From Pseudomonadota bacterium (GTDB taxonomy: Bacteria; Pseudomonadota; Alphaproteobacteria; MPNO01; UBA830): DNA of 54,496 nucleotides. Every line of letters starts with the position of its first letter. Position 1 is the stretch's first letter. The notes below the pieces were generated by a model. The model saw nothing but the letters and a program-made list of their open reading frames with translations. It was not told the origin of the DNA and ran no database searches. Below are positions 45,919-54,496 of the stretch, piece by piece. Location: contig JAYYZV010000061.1 of the NCBI GenBank assembly GCA_036339975.1, positions 1 to 54,496 of the forward strand. The letters are read 5' to 3'. A program made the position numbers and the translations under genes.

Positions 45919-47154
45919 TTACTGGCCGTAGCGCTTTTCCACATAATCCTCAATAAGGTGGCGAAATTCGTCTGAAATCTCAGGACCACGCAGCGTCATT
46001 TTCTTCTCGCCATCAATAAAGACAGGCGCCGCCGGATCCTCGCCGGTACCGGGAAGACTAATACCAATGTCAGCGTGTTTAGACTCGCCCGGACCGTTCA
46101 CGATACACCCCATCACCGCGACTTTCAGCTCCTCAACCCCCGAATATTTTGCACACCAATCGGGCATGCGGTCACGAATGTGCCCCTGAATACTCTGGGC
46201 CAGTTCCTGGAAAACCGTAGATGTCGTCCGACCGCAGCCGGGACAAGCGGCTACCAGCGGTATAAAGGAGCGGAGCCCCATCGTCTGGAGCAACTCCTGA
46301 GCCACTACAACCTCACGTGTGCGATCGCCGCCAGGCTCCGGTGTCAATGAAATGCGGATGGTGTCCCCTATTCCTTCCTGCAGCAAGATGCCCAGGCCGG
46401 CGGCAGACGCCACCACGCCCTTGGTGCCCATCCCCGCCTCGGTTAGGCCGAGATGCAGTGCATAGTCACAACGGGATGCCAGGTCGCGATAAACGGAAAT
46501 CAGATCTTGCACCGCCGAGACTTTAGCGGAGATAATTATCCGGTTGCGCGGCATACCGAGTTCCTCGGCACGTTCCGCAGACATCAGGCCGGACATAACC
46601 ATCGCGTCGCGGGTAACCTGGGCCGCATCCCTAGGATTTTCGGAGGCGGTGTTTTCATCCATTAGGCGGGTCAAGAGTTCCTGATCAAGCGAACCCCAAT
46701 TAACACCTATGCGGACTGGCTTTTCGTATTTGTTCGCGACTTCAATCATGGTGCTGAACTGTGTGTCTCTCTTTTCCCGGAAACCCACATTCCCGGGGTT
46801 TATTCGGTACTTCGAAAGTGCCTCGGCGCAGTCCGGGTTCTCACTCAGTAGCTTATGGCCAACATAGTGGAAATCTCCAACCAGCGGCGTGTGAACACCC
46901 ATCAGAGCTAGCCGATCGCGGATATATGGTACGGCCTTGGCTGCTTCGTCGCGGTCGACGGTAATACGCACGATCTCGGAGCCAGCCTTTGCAAGGGCAG
47001 CCACCTGTTCAACGGTCGAATCAATATCCGCCGTGTCGGTATTGGTCATCGACTGAACAACAATCGGCGCCGGACCGCCCATCGTGACGCCACCGACATC
47101 AACGGCGACACTCTTGCGCCGTGGAGGAGTTCCGAAGGTAGATGTCTCGCTCAT
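45919..47154 (-). CDS. ispG: 4-hydroxy-3-methylbut-2-en-1-yl diphosphate synthase (MEP pathway)
   Basis: 411 aa. Conserved [26 protein letters not shown] and [10 protein letters not shown] blocks of GcpE/IspG. Confidence 0.95.
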   Translation of the reverse strand: MSETSTFGTPPRRKSVAVDVGGVTMGGPAPIVVQSMTNTDTADIDSTVEQVAALAKAGSEIVRITVDRDEAAKAVPYIRDRLALMGVHTPLVGDFHYVGHKLLSENPDCAEALSKYRINPGNVGFREKRDTQFSTMIEVANKYEKPVRIGVNWGSLDQELLTRLMDENTASENPRDAAQVTRDAMVMSGLMSAERAEELGMPRNRIIISAKVSAVQDLISVYRDLASRCDYALHLGLTEAGMGTKGVVASAAGLGILLQEGIGDTIRISLTPEPGGDRTREVVVAQELLQTMGLRSFIPLVAACPGCGRTTSTVFQELAQSIQGHIRDRMPDWCAKYSGVEELKVAVMGCIVNGPGESKHADIGISLPGTGEDPAAPVFIDGEKKMTLRGPEISDEFRHLIEDYVEKRYGQ

Positions 47155-47170
47155 CGCTGCTCCGTCAATC

Positions 47171-47806
47171 TCAAGCAGGTATAGCCTGATCAGCCCGGAA
47201 ATCCAGAGACCTTTCAGCCTCGATTACCGACATTAACTGTTCGTACTCGGTAATGACTGGGAACTGAGGAAATTCGTCGATCACGTTCTTCGGTGGGCGG
47301 AACAAGAACCCGGCGTCAGCCTCCCCCAGCATCAAAGTATCGTTATAGGAGTCACCCGCAGCGCAGGTGTAGAAATTCAGTTCCTTGAACGCTCTCACCG
47401 CGGCACGCTTATGGTCCCGTAGGCGCAGACGATATCCAGAAAGACGTCCGTCCCCGTCGACCTCGAGGCGATGACAGAACAGCGTCGGCTGACCCATCTT
47501 GACCATCAGTGGACCGACAAACTCGTAAAAGGTATCCGACAAGATGACGACCTGATATTTCGCCCGTATCGCGTCGAGAAAATCGCGAGCACCGGGCAAT
47601 GGCTCGATCCCGTTGATGATGGGTTGGAGCGCATCAATCCCGAGGCCGTGGTGATCGAGGATATCCAACCTATATTTCATCAAAACGCCGTAATCAGGCT
47701 CATCCCGCGTGGTACGCCGGAGGTCATCGATCCCGGTGCGCTCCGCAAGCTCGATCCAGATCTCGGGCGCGATCACACCCTCCATGTCGAGACATACGAT
47801 TTTCAA
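47171..47806 (-). CDS. thrH: Phosphoserine phosphatase / homoserine phosphotransferase (ThrH-type HAD hydrolase)
   Basis: 211 aa. Closely resembles Pseudomonas ThrH as I remember it ([45 protein letters not shown]). Confidence 0.8.
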   Translation of the reverse strand: MKIVCLDMEGVIAPEIWIELAERTGIDDLRRTTRDEPDYGVLMKYRLDILDHHGLGIDALQPIINGIEPLPGARDFLDAIRAKYQVVILSDTFYEFVGPLMVKMGQPTLFCHRLEVDGDGRLSGYRLRLRDHKRAAVRAFKELNFYTCAAGDSYNDTLMLGEADAGFLFRPPKNVIDEFPQFPVITEYEQLMSVIEAERSLDFRADQAIPA

Positions 47807-47991
47807 AGGAGTTACCTGCTAGTTTTTAATATCGGCGGTATAGCAGGCGGACTTTTCAGCGGCAAACGCGAATAAACATCATAGTTTACCTCCATCACAG
47901 CCTGATCAGGCCGATGCACAAATTTTTTCGCTGACAGACTAGTATTGATAATAGACAAATTAAGTCTCCAGTGACCAACAGCTGCCATATC

Positions 47992-48033
47992 TTGACAAAT
48001 TAATATTTTCATATGAAAATTTTTCATATTGAA
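47992..48033 (+). promoter_or_regulatory. Sigma70-type promoter with overlapping palindromic operator (probable MarR site)
   Basis: Consensus -35 TTGACA (47992-47997), a 17-nt spacer and -10-like GAAAAT (48015-48020). A perfect 16-bp palindrome ATTTTCATATGAAAAT (48005-48020) overlaps the spacer and -10. A further TTTTCATAT half-site follows at 48021-48029. The purine-rich SD and start codon are 20-30 nt downstream. Confidence 0.6.
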
Positions 48034-48046
48034 GACAAGAGAAAGA

Positions 48047-49261
48047 ATGCTGATGGCCACCGTCCAAAAACTAGCCGATGTTAGCGCCGACCAGCTTATT
48101 CAGCGGGCTATCCAAATGAGGCCTGAAATCTCCAGTCAGGCGGATGAGACAGAAAAAAATCGTCGGGTTTCTCAAGAATTTATCGAAGAAGTCCGAGCAC
48201 AAGACTTTTTTCGGATTTTTCTGCCAAAGAAGTACGGTGGGCTTGAATTCGACAGCGCCACCGCGACCCGGATCTCGCTTGAATGGTCCTCCGCAGACGC
48301 CTCCACCGGATGGGTATGCGGCCTCGGCATCGTCCATCAGGGGCTGATAGCGCAGTTCCCTGTCGAAACGCATGATGATGTCTGGGGTAACAACCCTTGT
48401 CCCATGACCTGCGGTTCCTACGCTCCAGCCGGACAAATGACAGCCGTCGATGGGGGGTACAGGTTGACGGGTGAATTTCACTTTTCCAGTGGTGTTGATG
48501 TGTCCGACTGGGCGGTCCTGGGTGTGTTTTTTCCGCCCGAGAACAAGGACGGTCCACCCATACCCGGCTTCACCTTAGTTCCAAGATCGGATTTTGATAT
48601 TGACGACAACTGGCACGTCATGGGGTTGACCGGCACGGGCTCAAAAACCATCGTGTGCAAAGACCTATTCATTCCGGCGCACCGACGGGTCACGTTTGCC
48701 GAGCTGGTTTCCGGCAATTCGCCAGGTTACCAAGTGCTGCAGAACGACTTATACCGCTACCCTATTCTATCCCTAGTCGCCTATGCCATCTCTACACCGG
48801 CATTGGGGGCGCTGAATGGCGCCGTGGATAAGTTTTTGGATGCGATCAACGGACGTACGACCCGCGGCGCTGTTGTGCTGGGCGGCAGTAAGATCCGGGA
48901 TTTTCAGGCCGTCCAGATGCGTGTCGGACGAGCTGTCGCTAACCTTAAAGCGGCAAAGGCTATGCTGTTCGCACAGATAGAGGACTCCCGCGCGGCGGTG
49001 ATGGATAGGGGCGAAATTCTCGATGTGACCGGTCGTCTCGATAATAGGCTCACACAGGCGAAAACGGTGGAACTATCCGTTGACGGTCTCGACCAACTTT
49101 TCGGCGCCGTCGGGGGTAATGGCATCCATACTTCGCAGCACGTGCAGAGAGCTTGGCGTGATGCCCATGCGATCTCCCATCACATCAGTTTTAACTGGGA
49201 CGCCCTTACCTCTATGTACGGACAGCATCTGTTAGGTCTCGAGCCACAGGGGCAGTATTGA
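48047..49261 (+). CDS. Acyl-CoA-dehydrogenase-fold flavin-dependent monooxygenase (HsaA / HpaH-C2 / DszC-like oxygenase component)
   Basis: About 404 aa. ACAD N, middle and C domain pattern without the catalytic-base context of true ACADs. The start is either the ATG at 48047 or the ATG at 48053 (the track uses TTG at 48029). No flavin reductase gene is nearby. Confidence 0.7.
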   Translation: MLMATVQKLADVSADQLIQRAIQMRPEISSQADETEKNRRVSQEFIEEVRAQDFFRIFLPKKYGGLEFDSATATRISLEWSSADASTGWVCGLGIVHQGLIAQFPVETHDDVWGNNPCPMTCGSYAPAGQMTAVDGGYRLTGEFHFSSGVDVSDWAVLGVFFPPENKDGPPIPGFTLVPRSDFDIDDNWHVMGLTGTGSKTIVCKDLFIPAHRRVTFAELVSGNSPGYQVLQNDLYRYPILSLVAYAISTPALGALNGAVDKFLDAINGRTTRGAVVLGGSKIRDFQAVQMRVGRAVANLKAAKAMLFAQIEDSRAAVMDRGEILDVTGRLDNRLTQAKTVELSVDGLDQLFGAVGGNGIHTSQHVQRAWRDAHAISHHISFNWDALTSMYGQHLLGLEPQGQY

Positions 49262-49339
49262 TATGGCCGCGTGTTGTATTGCGATACCAGGCGCCGGTTA
49301 TTTGGAAGGTTTGCTCGTCGCATTCATAGGAATGCGGTC

Positions 49340-49813
49340 ATGAGTGTCAAACCGCCGGATTTTCATCTGGAACATTTTTTGCCATACCTCGTTCATCGCG
49401 TCGGCTCGCGTCTGGCCGAGGGTTTTAAGGATGGGTTCGACGAAGTCGGTCTGAACCTTCAGGAATGGCGTGCTGCCGCGGTGCTGTATGAATTTGGCCC
49501 GCAAACAATGGGCGATATCGCGCGACGTACAAATATCAATGCCTCAACTATGACCCGGCTAATAGGCCAGATGGAAAAAAACGGGCTAGTCGAGCGTGAA
49601 CGTCCTATGGCAAATCAGCGTAACGTGTATGTTCGGCTTCTCGAAGAAGGTAGTCGTCGTGTCCAAACCCTTATCCCGAAAGTGATCGACTACGAAACCG
49701 ATTTGAGCGCCTGTTTTTCGGACGCAGAACTGCAAACTTTCAAATTGCTACTCGAAAAACTCTTCCACAGTCTGGTTCGCGACACGCCTGACACGGAGAG
49801 ACTGGCCGGCTAG
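49340..49813 (+). CDS. MarR-family transcriptional regulator
   Basis: 157 aa from the ATG at 49340. Winged-helix block MGDIARRTNINASTMTRLIGQMEKNGLVERE...NVYVRLLEEG. Confidence 0.85.
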   Translation: MSVKPPDFHLEHFLPYLVHRVGSRLAEGFKDGFDEVGLNLQEWRAAAVLYEFGPQTMGDIARRTNINASTMTRLIGQMEKNGLVERERPMANQRNVYVRLLEEGSRRVQTLIPKVIDYETDLSACFSDAELQTFKLLLEKLFHSLVRDTPDTERLAG

Positions 49814-50100
49814 GCACAATATGCGATTATACGGGCGTGCGACAGGAACATCTTACTCGGCTGCAGACGGGCACCGCCGTTACTGCAGATGACAGCACAA
49901 AGTTCAGCTATTGCAGGTAGTGGAGACTATATCGAACTTACCTAAGCAGAGCCCAAACGCTGAGATATAAAACAAGTAGACAAGATCAAAACCTGCCATT
50001 TTACGATGGAAATAGGTTTTCTAGCGCGTATTAGGGAACTTGTCAGAACCCGGCCCACGATTCTAATGTTTGAATTTGTTAGGAAGGTTGGTCCAAAGAA

Positions 50101-50946
50101 ATGAATATTAATCCAATCTCTCCCGCCGGCGGCGCGGTGCTGACCGGTATTGACCTTAGAACGGAACTCTCACCGCAGAATGCGGAAATGATACGACATT
50201 CTTTTCTCGAATACGGTGTGATCGTAATTCGTGGCCAAGAATTGGAAGCCGACGACCAGATCAGGTTCTGCGACGCTATGGGAGGGACGGCCACCCGGGG
50301 CAAACCCGCGGATCAACGCAAAGACGATGCCGACAACGCCTATGACGGCGCCGTACACGTCGTTACTAACCTGACCGAGGACGGCAAACCACTCGGGTCG
50401 TTCGGCGACGGCGAAGTATGGTTCCATCACGACGGCAGCTTCAAGGAAATCCCATACGCTGCGACGGTTCTATATGGCATGGCCGTCACCTCAACCGGCG
50501 GTGAGACCGTCTTCGCGAATATGTACATGGCTTATGACCGGCTGAACCACGGTACAAAACGAAAGATCAAAGGGCTGAGCGGTCTGAACATATACGATTA
50601 CGCCAGCACCGGCCGCGTCGACCTAGAACGAGATATCTCTAGCATCAATCACTGGATCCACCCTTTGGTAATCCGGCATCCTGATACGGGGCGGAAAGCG
50701 CTCTATATTAGCCCCCTGATCACAGCACGCGTAGAGGGACTGCCGGCGGCGGAAAGTGACGCTCTTTTAGAAGAATTATTTAGTTACAAAGATGACGAGG
50801 ACATTACCTTCGAGCACAAATGGGAAGCAGGTGACCTAGTGATGATGGACAATCGCAGCATTACCCATGCTCGGAAGGATTTTCCATCAGGCGAGCCACG
50901 CATGTTGCGAAGGACCATGGTAGAGGGGGTTCCGGTTGGACCTTAA
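50101..50946 (+). CDS. TauD/TfdA-family Fe(II)/2-oxoglutarate-dependent dioxygenase
   Basis: 281 aa. HxD iron motif in WFHHDGSF, distal His in SITHARKDF, and family length. Confidence 0.8.
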   Translation: MNINPISPAGGAVLTGIDLRTELSPQNAEMIRHSFLEYGVIVIRGQELEADDQIRFCDAMGGTATRGKPADQRKDDADNAYDGAVHVVTNLTEDGKPLGSFGDGEVWFHHDGSFKEIPYAATVLYGMAVTSTGGETVFANMYMAYDRLNHGTKRKIKGLSGLNIYDYASTGRVDLERDISSINHWIHPLVIRHPDTGRKALYISPLITARVEGLPAAESDALLEELFSYKDDEDITFEHKWEAGDLVMMDNRSITHARKDFPSGEPRMLRRTMVEGVPVGP

Positions 50947-50990
50947 GACAATACAGTTTAACTCCCCTAAATTTTTACGTGAGAATAACC

Positions 50991-51443
50991 ATGTTGTTTA
51001 AAGGACTCTTCAGCAAAAACGCACCAACTTTGTCGTTCTCGCCTGATATTCCAGAGGAGGAAAAGGCCAGTCTTCTGTCAGAGCTGAACGACTGTGCAAA
51101 CCGACGTGGTGGATCTCTACAAAATGCCCGCCGCGCGAAGGCTCTGGGCGATTTATTCAACGCGCTTTCACCCACTGGCAAAGAAATTTTTGCCAACCTC
51201 CTAGCCGGGACCAACGACAGCGCTGAGCGATCAGCAGGAGAGCGGTATTCAGAAATTGAGGAAGCTGAGCTATTCGGGGGATCAGACAGCAAATTGGCAG
51301 TTCTGGAGATGTTTGAAACCCCGCGACGTCGCCTATTGGCATATCTTGGGACAACACCGGGCGGGAGAGGTTTACTGCACGAAATCAGTGCACTTTCACC
51401 CCCGGAAGTTCGGCAGGACATTCGCGACCTTCAGCCCGACTGA
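50991..51443 (+). pseudogene. Probable N-terminal fragment of a malonyl-CoA decarboxylase-like gene (helical MCD_N domain only)
   Basis: 150 aa. FETPRRRLLAYLGTTPGGRGLLHEISAL resembles the end of the MCD N-terminal domain. The catalytic ~300 aa is absent. The ORF ends in an AT-rich 49-bp junction abutting the convergent BVMO gene. Confidence 0.4.
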
Positions 51444-51492
51444 CCCTTGCAAAAATTTAGGATATTTAAGCTTATATCTTGCAGCAATTTAT

Positions 51493-52923
51493 TTATTTAA
51501 TTTCGAAATCCGCAGTCTTTAAACGGCGGGTCTGGCGACGGTATTCGTACATGAAGCCGGGCCACTGGGTGGTCACCTTGCCCGACGGGTCCTGAAAGTA
51601 ACTGTGGCACATATCGGCCAACAACACCGTTTTCCCCAGACGCACCTGAATATCGGAGTTAAACGCATCCTGCACCGGTCGACGAACGGAAACCTGCCTG
51701 ACGCGGGGGCGACTGAGGAGCCGCGCCGCGTCGACGATATACCTCGCCTGACTTTCCAGCATATAGACAATGCTGCCTGCAATATTCGTATTAGGCCCAT
51801 ACATCATGAAAAAATTCGGAAATCCGGCAACCGTCATGCCAAGATAAGCCTCCGCACCATTTTTCCAAACGCGATTGAGATCATTACCATCGGGTCCGGT
51901 AATTTTTAGCGGCGTCAGATATCGTGTAGGTGTGAAACCGGTCCCGTATACGATAATATCGGCTGCATGAAATTCCCCATCACCGGTTATGACACCGCTT
52001 GGTCGCAGTTCCGTAACGGGGCTGTCGATCAGTTTGACATTCTCTCTCGATAGAGCCGGGTACCAATCGTTCGACTGTAATACACGCTTGCATCCCAGCG
52101 GATAGGATGGTGTCAACTTTCGGCGCAGCGACGGATCCGGAATTTCCCTTTCGAGGCGGGCCAGGAACTGTGCTTGCGCCTGCTCTGTCATTCGCTTCGA
52201 TCCCCGCCGTCGGGAACGTCGTTCCTGTTCCAGATAGATGCCGAACCTATCGGTACTCCGCCGAATTCGATCCAGAACCCCGTGTACCTGAGACACTGGC
52301 CTGCTGTCCCGCGGCAGCACGTATTGCGGCGATCTCTGAAAAACAAGTAGGCGACGGACCTCAGGTGCAATTTGCGGTACAAATTGTATCGCGCTCGCGC
52401 CAGTTCCTATAACCGCCACATTTTTATTCGCCATTTTGCAGTAATGATCCCATCGCGAAGAGTGGAACTGCCGCCCCTCAAAATTGTCCCGCCCGAGCAA
52501 ATCTGGCACGAGAGCCCGATTAAATAGTCCCACCGCCGAGACCAGCATCTCCGCTGTTTCATTTTTGCCGTCAGCGGTTGATATTTGCCACCGCGCAGAA
52601 CTTGTATCGAAACTTGCTTCAGTGACCTCAATGTTAAAGCGAATATGGTCGCGAATACCGAAGCGTTCTGCACAGTATTTAAGATAGCCAAGAATTTCAG
52701 GTTGCCGACCGAACCGCTCTAGCCATGAATAATTGGATGCGAAGGAATATGAATACAGGCGTGACGGCACGTCGCAAGCCGCCCCTGGATATGTATTGTC
52801 CCGCCATACGCCGCCAACCTCGCTGCCGCGCTCAAGGATCGTGAAATTATGGAAGCCTGCCCGTTTAAGGCGGACGCCCAATCCGATTCCACCAAATCCT
52901 GCGCCTATAATGACGATTTTCAT
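51493..52923 (-). CDS. Class B flavoprotein monooxygenase (Baeyer-Villiger monooxygenase-like)
   Basis: 476 aa. FAD Rossmann motif IIGAGFGG. BVMO fingerprint FxGxxxHxxxWD (FEGRQFHSSRWD). Second Rossmann motif VIGTGASA. Confidence 0.85.
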   Translation of the reverse strand: MKIVIIGAGFGGIGLGVRLKRAGFHNFTILERGSEVGGVWRDNTYPGAACDVPSRLYSYSFASNYSWLERFGRQPEILGYLKYCAERFGIRDHIRFNIEVTEASFDTSSARWQISTADGKNETAEMLVSAVGLFNRALVPDLLGRDNFEGRQFHSSRWDHYCKMANKNVAVIGTGASAIQFVPQIAPEVRRLLVFQRSPQYVLPRDSRPVSQVHGVLDRIRRSTDRFGIYLEQERRSRRRGSKRMTEQAQAQFLARLEREIPDPSLRRKLTPSYPLGCKRVLQSNDWYPALSRENVKLIDSPVTELRPSGVITGDGEFHAADIIVYGTGFTPTRYLTPLKITGPDGNDLNRVWKNGAEAYLGMTVAGFPNFFMMYGPNTNIAGSIVYMLESQARYIVDAARLLSRPRVRQVSVRRPVQDAFNSDIQVRLGKTVLLADMCHSYFQDPSGKVTTQWPGFMYEYRRQTRRLKTADFEIK

Positions 52924-53036
52924 CGTTGTTCAATCCACCTTTGGTGCGCCCACGTTCTCCTCCAACAATCCAGTATTTCTCATTCGGTTTCCAGTACCAA
53001 CGCATTACGATTTTTGCAGGCCATTAGATCGCATGA

Positions 53037-53195
53037 AACGCGATTTATGACTTTGAGAAATGGGCCTCAGTTGGACCTATGGCCGATAAAAAGGAAATCG
53101 CATACGCTGTCTTATGGTTTGCATCGCCGGAAGGCGGGTTCATTAAAGGCCAGCTCATTTCACCAAACGGTGGCCAGACCACAGTGGGCATTTAG
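53037..53195 (+). pseudogene. C-terminal fragment of an SDR gene
   Basis: The open frame reads ...SVGPMADKKEIAYAVLWFASPEGGFIKGQLISPNGGQTTVGI*. This is the typical SDR C-terminus (EIA.AVLFLAS....ITGQ...V.GG). No upstream Rossmann or catalytic part exists. Confidence 0.55.
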
Positions 53196-53206
53196 GGAGA
53201 ATGAAT

Positions 53207-53599
53207 ATGTCGGGTCAGAAACTATCTGTCATCCATACGGAAGACACCGAATTCGTCAGCGATGGAATGCGTAAATGTTTTGAATATCGCGATCTAGGCA
53301 TTAAGGAGGCGACAGGTGGCAACTTCCATGCCCATGTAATTCGCGCTATCGATCAGGAGGAAGATGGTATCGGTCTGCACCGCCATAACGAGATCGAATT
53401 CCAGATGGTATATATTTTAAAAGGATGGATGCGGTTCTGGTATGAGGGAAAAGGCGAAGTCGTTGCCAAACAAGGGACCTGCATCCTCCAACCGCCAGCG
53501 GTGAAGCATGATGTACTGGAATGGTCCGATAACCTGGAACTTCTAGAAATCACTTCACCTGGCGACTTTACGTCGGAAGCTCTTCAGGCCACGAAATAA
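53207..53599 (+). CDS. Cupin-domain protein
   Basis: About 130 aa. Cupin motifs GLHRHNEIEFQMVYILKG and ILQPPAVKHD. The ATG at 53207 has better spacing to the GGGAG SD than the ATG at 53201. Confidence 0.75.
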   Translation: MSGQKLSVIHTEDTEFVSDGMRKCFEYRDLGIKEATGGNFHAHVIRAIDQEEDGIGLHRHNEIEFQMVYILKGWMRFWYEGKGEVVAKQGTCILQPPAVKHDVLEWSDNLELLEITSPGDFTSEALQATK

Positions 53600-53698
53600 A
53601 ACAATAAGGACTCCAATCAGAGGAAACGGACAACGCTGATTACAGTAATCGCAGGTCCTGACTGTTAGAAAAATTGCTGATTTAGACGATATCGCTGA

Positions 53699-54334
53699 TC
53701 AGCCGCCCGCGGACGGTCGACCCGAAACAGCCGTATGCCACCTTTGCACGTTCCCACAGTTCTCGGGGATAAAGAGTTTCCTCGAGATGGCAAAGTCAAT
53801 GGCACAAAACGCCGTGATATCGGCGAAAGTGAATGTATCTCCCGTAAGGTATTCGTTTTTTCCGAGTTGGTCGTCGATTTTTCGGAAGAAACGGCCAAGG
53901 CGTAATTCGCCGCGTTTTGCCAACTCGGGTATTTGTGGGATCTCCATATCATAGCCGGACAGTCCGCGACCCACAAACAGCCGGTGCGTGTTGCGGAATA
54001 CTTCCGATACGGCCATCATTCCTTCCCATTCGGCTAGACGGTCCCACATGTCTACCTGGGCAACTTCCTCTGGGCTCCGCCCCATTAATGGATTGTCCGG
54101 ATACAGGGTTTCGAGATACCGACAGATGGTGCTCGCCTCACCGATCCAATCACCGTCATCTAGTTCCAGCAGCGGCACCCGTCGATGAGGGTATTTCGCG
54201 CAGTATGCGTCGCTTAGTTGTCCAGGGTTATCGGGATTGCTGGCTTCTTCTATCTCGATATCTATACCCTTCTCACTAACAAACAAGAGTGCTCGCCTAG
54301 GGTTAGGCGCAGATAACCAAGTGTAGAGTTTCAA
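53699..54334 (-). CDS. Glutathione S-transferase family protein
   Basis: 211 aa. Thioredoxin-like N-domain (KLYTWLSAPNPRRALLFVSEKGI, RRVPLLELDDG) and a helical C-domain. TTG start with GGAG upstream. Confidence 0.8.
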   Translation of the reverse strand: MKLYTWLSAPNPRRALLFVSEKGIDIEIEEASNPDNPGQLSDAYCAKYPHRRVPLLELDDGDWIGEASTICRYLETLYPDNPLMGRSPEEVAQVDMWDRLAEWEGMMAVSEVFRNTHRLFVGRGLSGYDMEIPQIPELAKRGELRLGRFFRKIDDQLGKNEYLTGDTFTFADITAFCAIDFAISRKLFIPENCGNVQRWHTAVSGRPSAGG

Positions 54335-54496
54335 ATTCCCGCTCCCCGTTCAGGCAAACGATCAAGCAATTGATCGGTTTGAGAAATCGGCGCAGCGGGC
54401 AAACTTTCCGACAGCGCCACAATTTACCAGCAGTCTGTCAAATACTCCGCATTTGACTCACTTGCCGTGTGCTATTTGTAATAATACCGTTAAAAA

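Noticed and set aside
49863-49890. Hairpin built on two CTGCAG sites after the MarR gene
   Set aside because: The stem is a 6-bp outer plus a 4-bp inner stem with a bulge, and there is no downstream T-run. It is not convincing as an intrinsic terminator.
1-54496. Scan for CRISPR arrays, tRNA/rRNA genes, IS elements, integrases, toxin-antitoxin or defence systems
   Set aside because: No direct-repeat/spacer arrays, no tRNA-like cloverleaf ends (GGTTCGAATCC type), no transposase- or integrase-like ORFs and no long inverted terminal repeats were seen by eye. A tool-based scan (tRNAscan, ISfinder, Rfam) would be needed to exclude small elements.

Overview
This 54.5-kb window is almost entirely coding, with about 50 genes. 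I found no rRNA, tRNA, CRISPR array, IS or transposase, or phage genes by eye. The gene content suggests an alphaproteobacterium-like accessory catabolic region, but that is inference only. It rests on the aapJQMP general amino-acid ABC system, a Bug/TctC tripartite tricarboxylate transporter, TRAP, ThrH and KorAB.

Layout:
- (1) 1-751: unusually long AT-rich non-coding stretch.
- (2) 752-4910: aapJQMP.
- (3) 5010-12876, minus strand: a TetR gene, three tandem UbiD-family (prFMN-type) decarboxylase paralogs and a ThDP enzyme. No UbiX is present.
- (4) 13050-16288: TctC plus a TctA with a fused TctB-like C-terminus.
- (5) 16412-23789: CoA-activation and oxygenase module. It holds an amidohydrolase_2 protein, a citryl-CoA-lyase-like protein, a family III CoA-transferase, a VanA-type Rieske oxygenase, an acyl-CoA ligase and an amidohydrolase mini-remnant.
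- (6) 23793-29251: duplicated DMT-SDR-DMT block, TRAP DctQM without a DctP, and an inverted SDR paralog.
- (7) 29298-44293: reductive, nicotinate-fermentation-like N-heterocycle cluster. It holds an isochorismatase-like gene broken by an in-frame TAA, an enamidase-like amidohydrolase and two different molybdenum hydroxylases. It also holds a putative 6-hydroxynicotinate reductase translationally coupled to a UPF0280 (ApbE-like) protein, two 'amino acid synthesis' family (DUF1185) paralogs, and KorAB 2-oxoacid:ferredoxin oxidoreductase. An 18-bp quasi-palindromic box is shared by its three promoter regions, and no regulator gene lies inside the cluster.
- (8) 44347-47806: a hypothetical gene, an Nfu with a duplicated C-domain, ispG and thrH.
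- (9) 47992-54334: small oxygenase set. It holds an ACAD-type flavin monooxygenase plus MarR with a clear promoter/operator, TauD, a BVMO, a cupin and a GST. These are interleaved with two gene fragments.

The most interesting candidates for undescribed biology are the Hnr-UPF0280-DUF1185 module and the triple-UbiD/ThDP operon. All functional calls come from motif and family recognition by eye. No database search was run.
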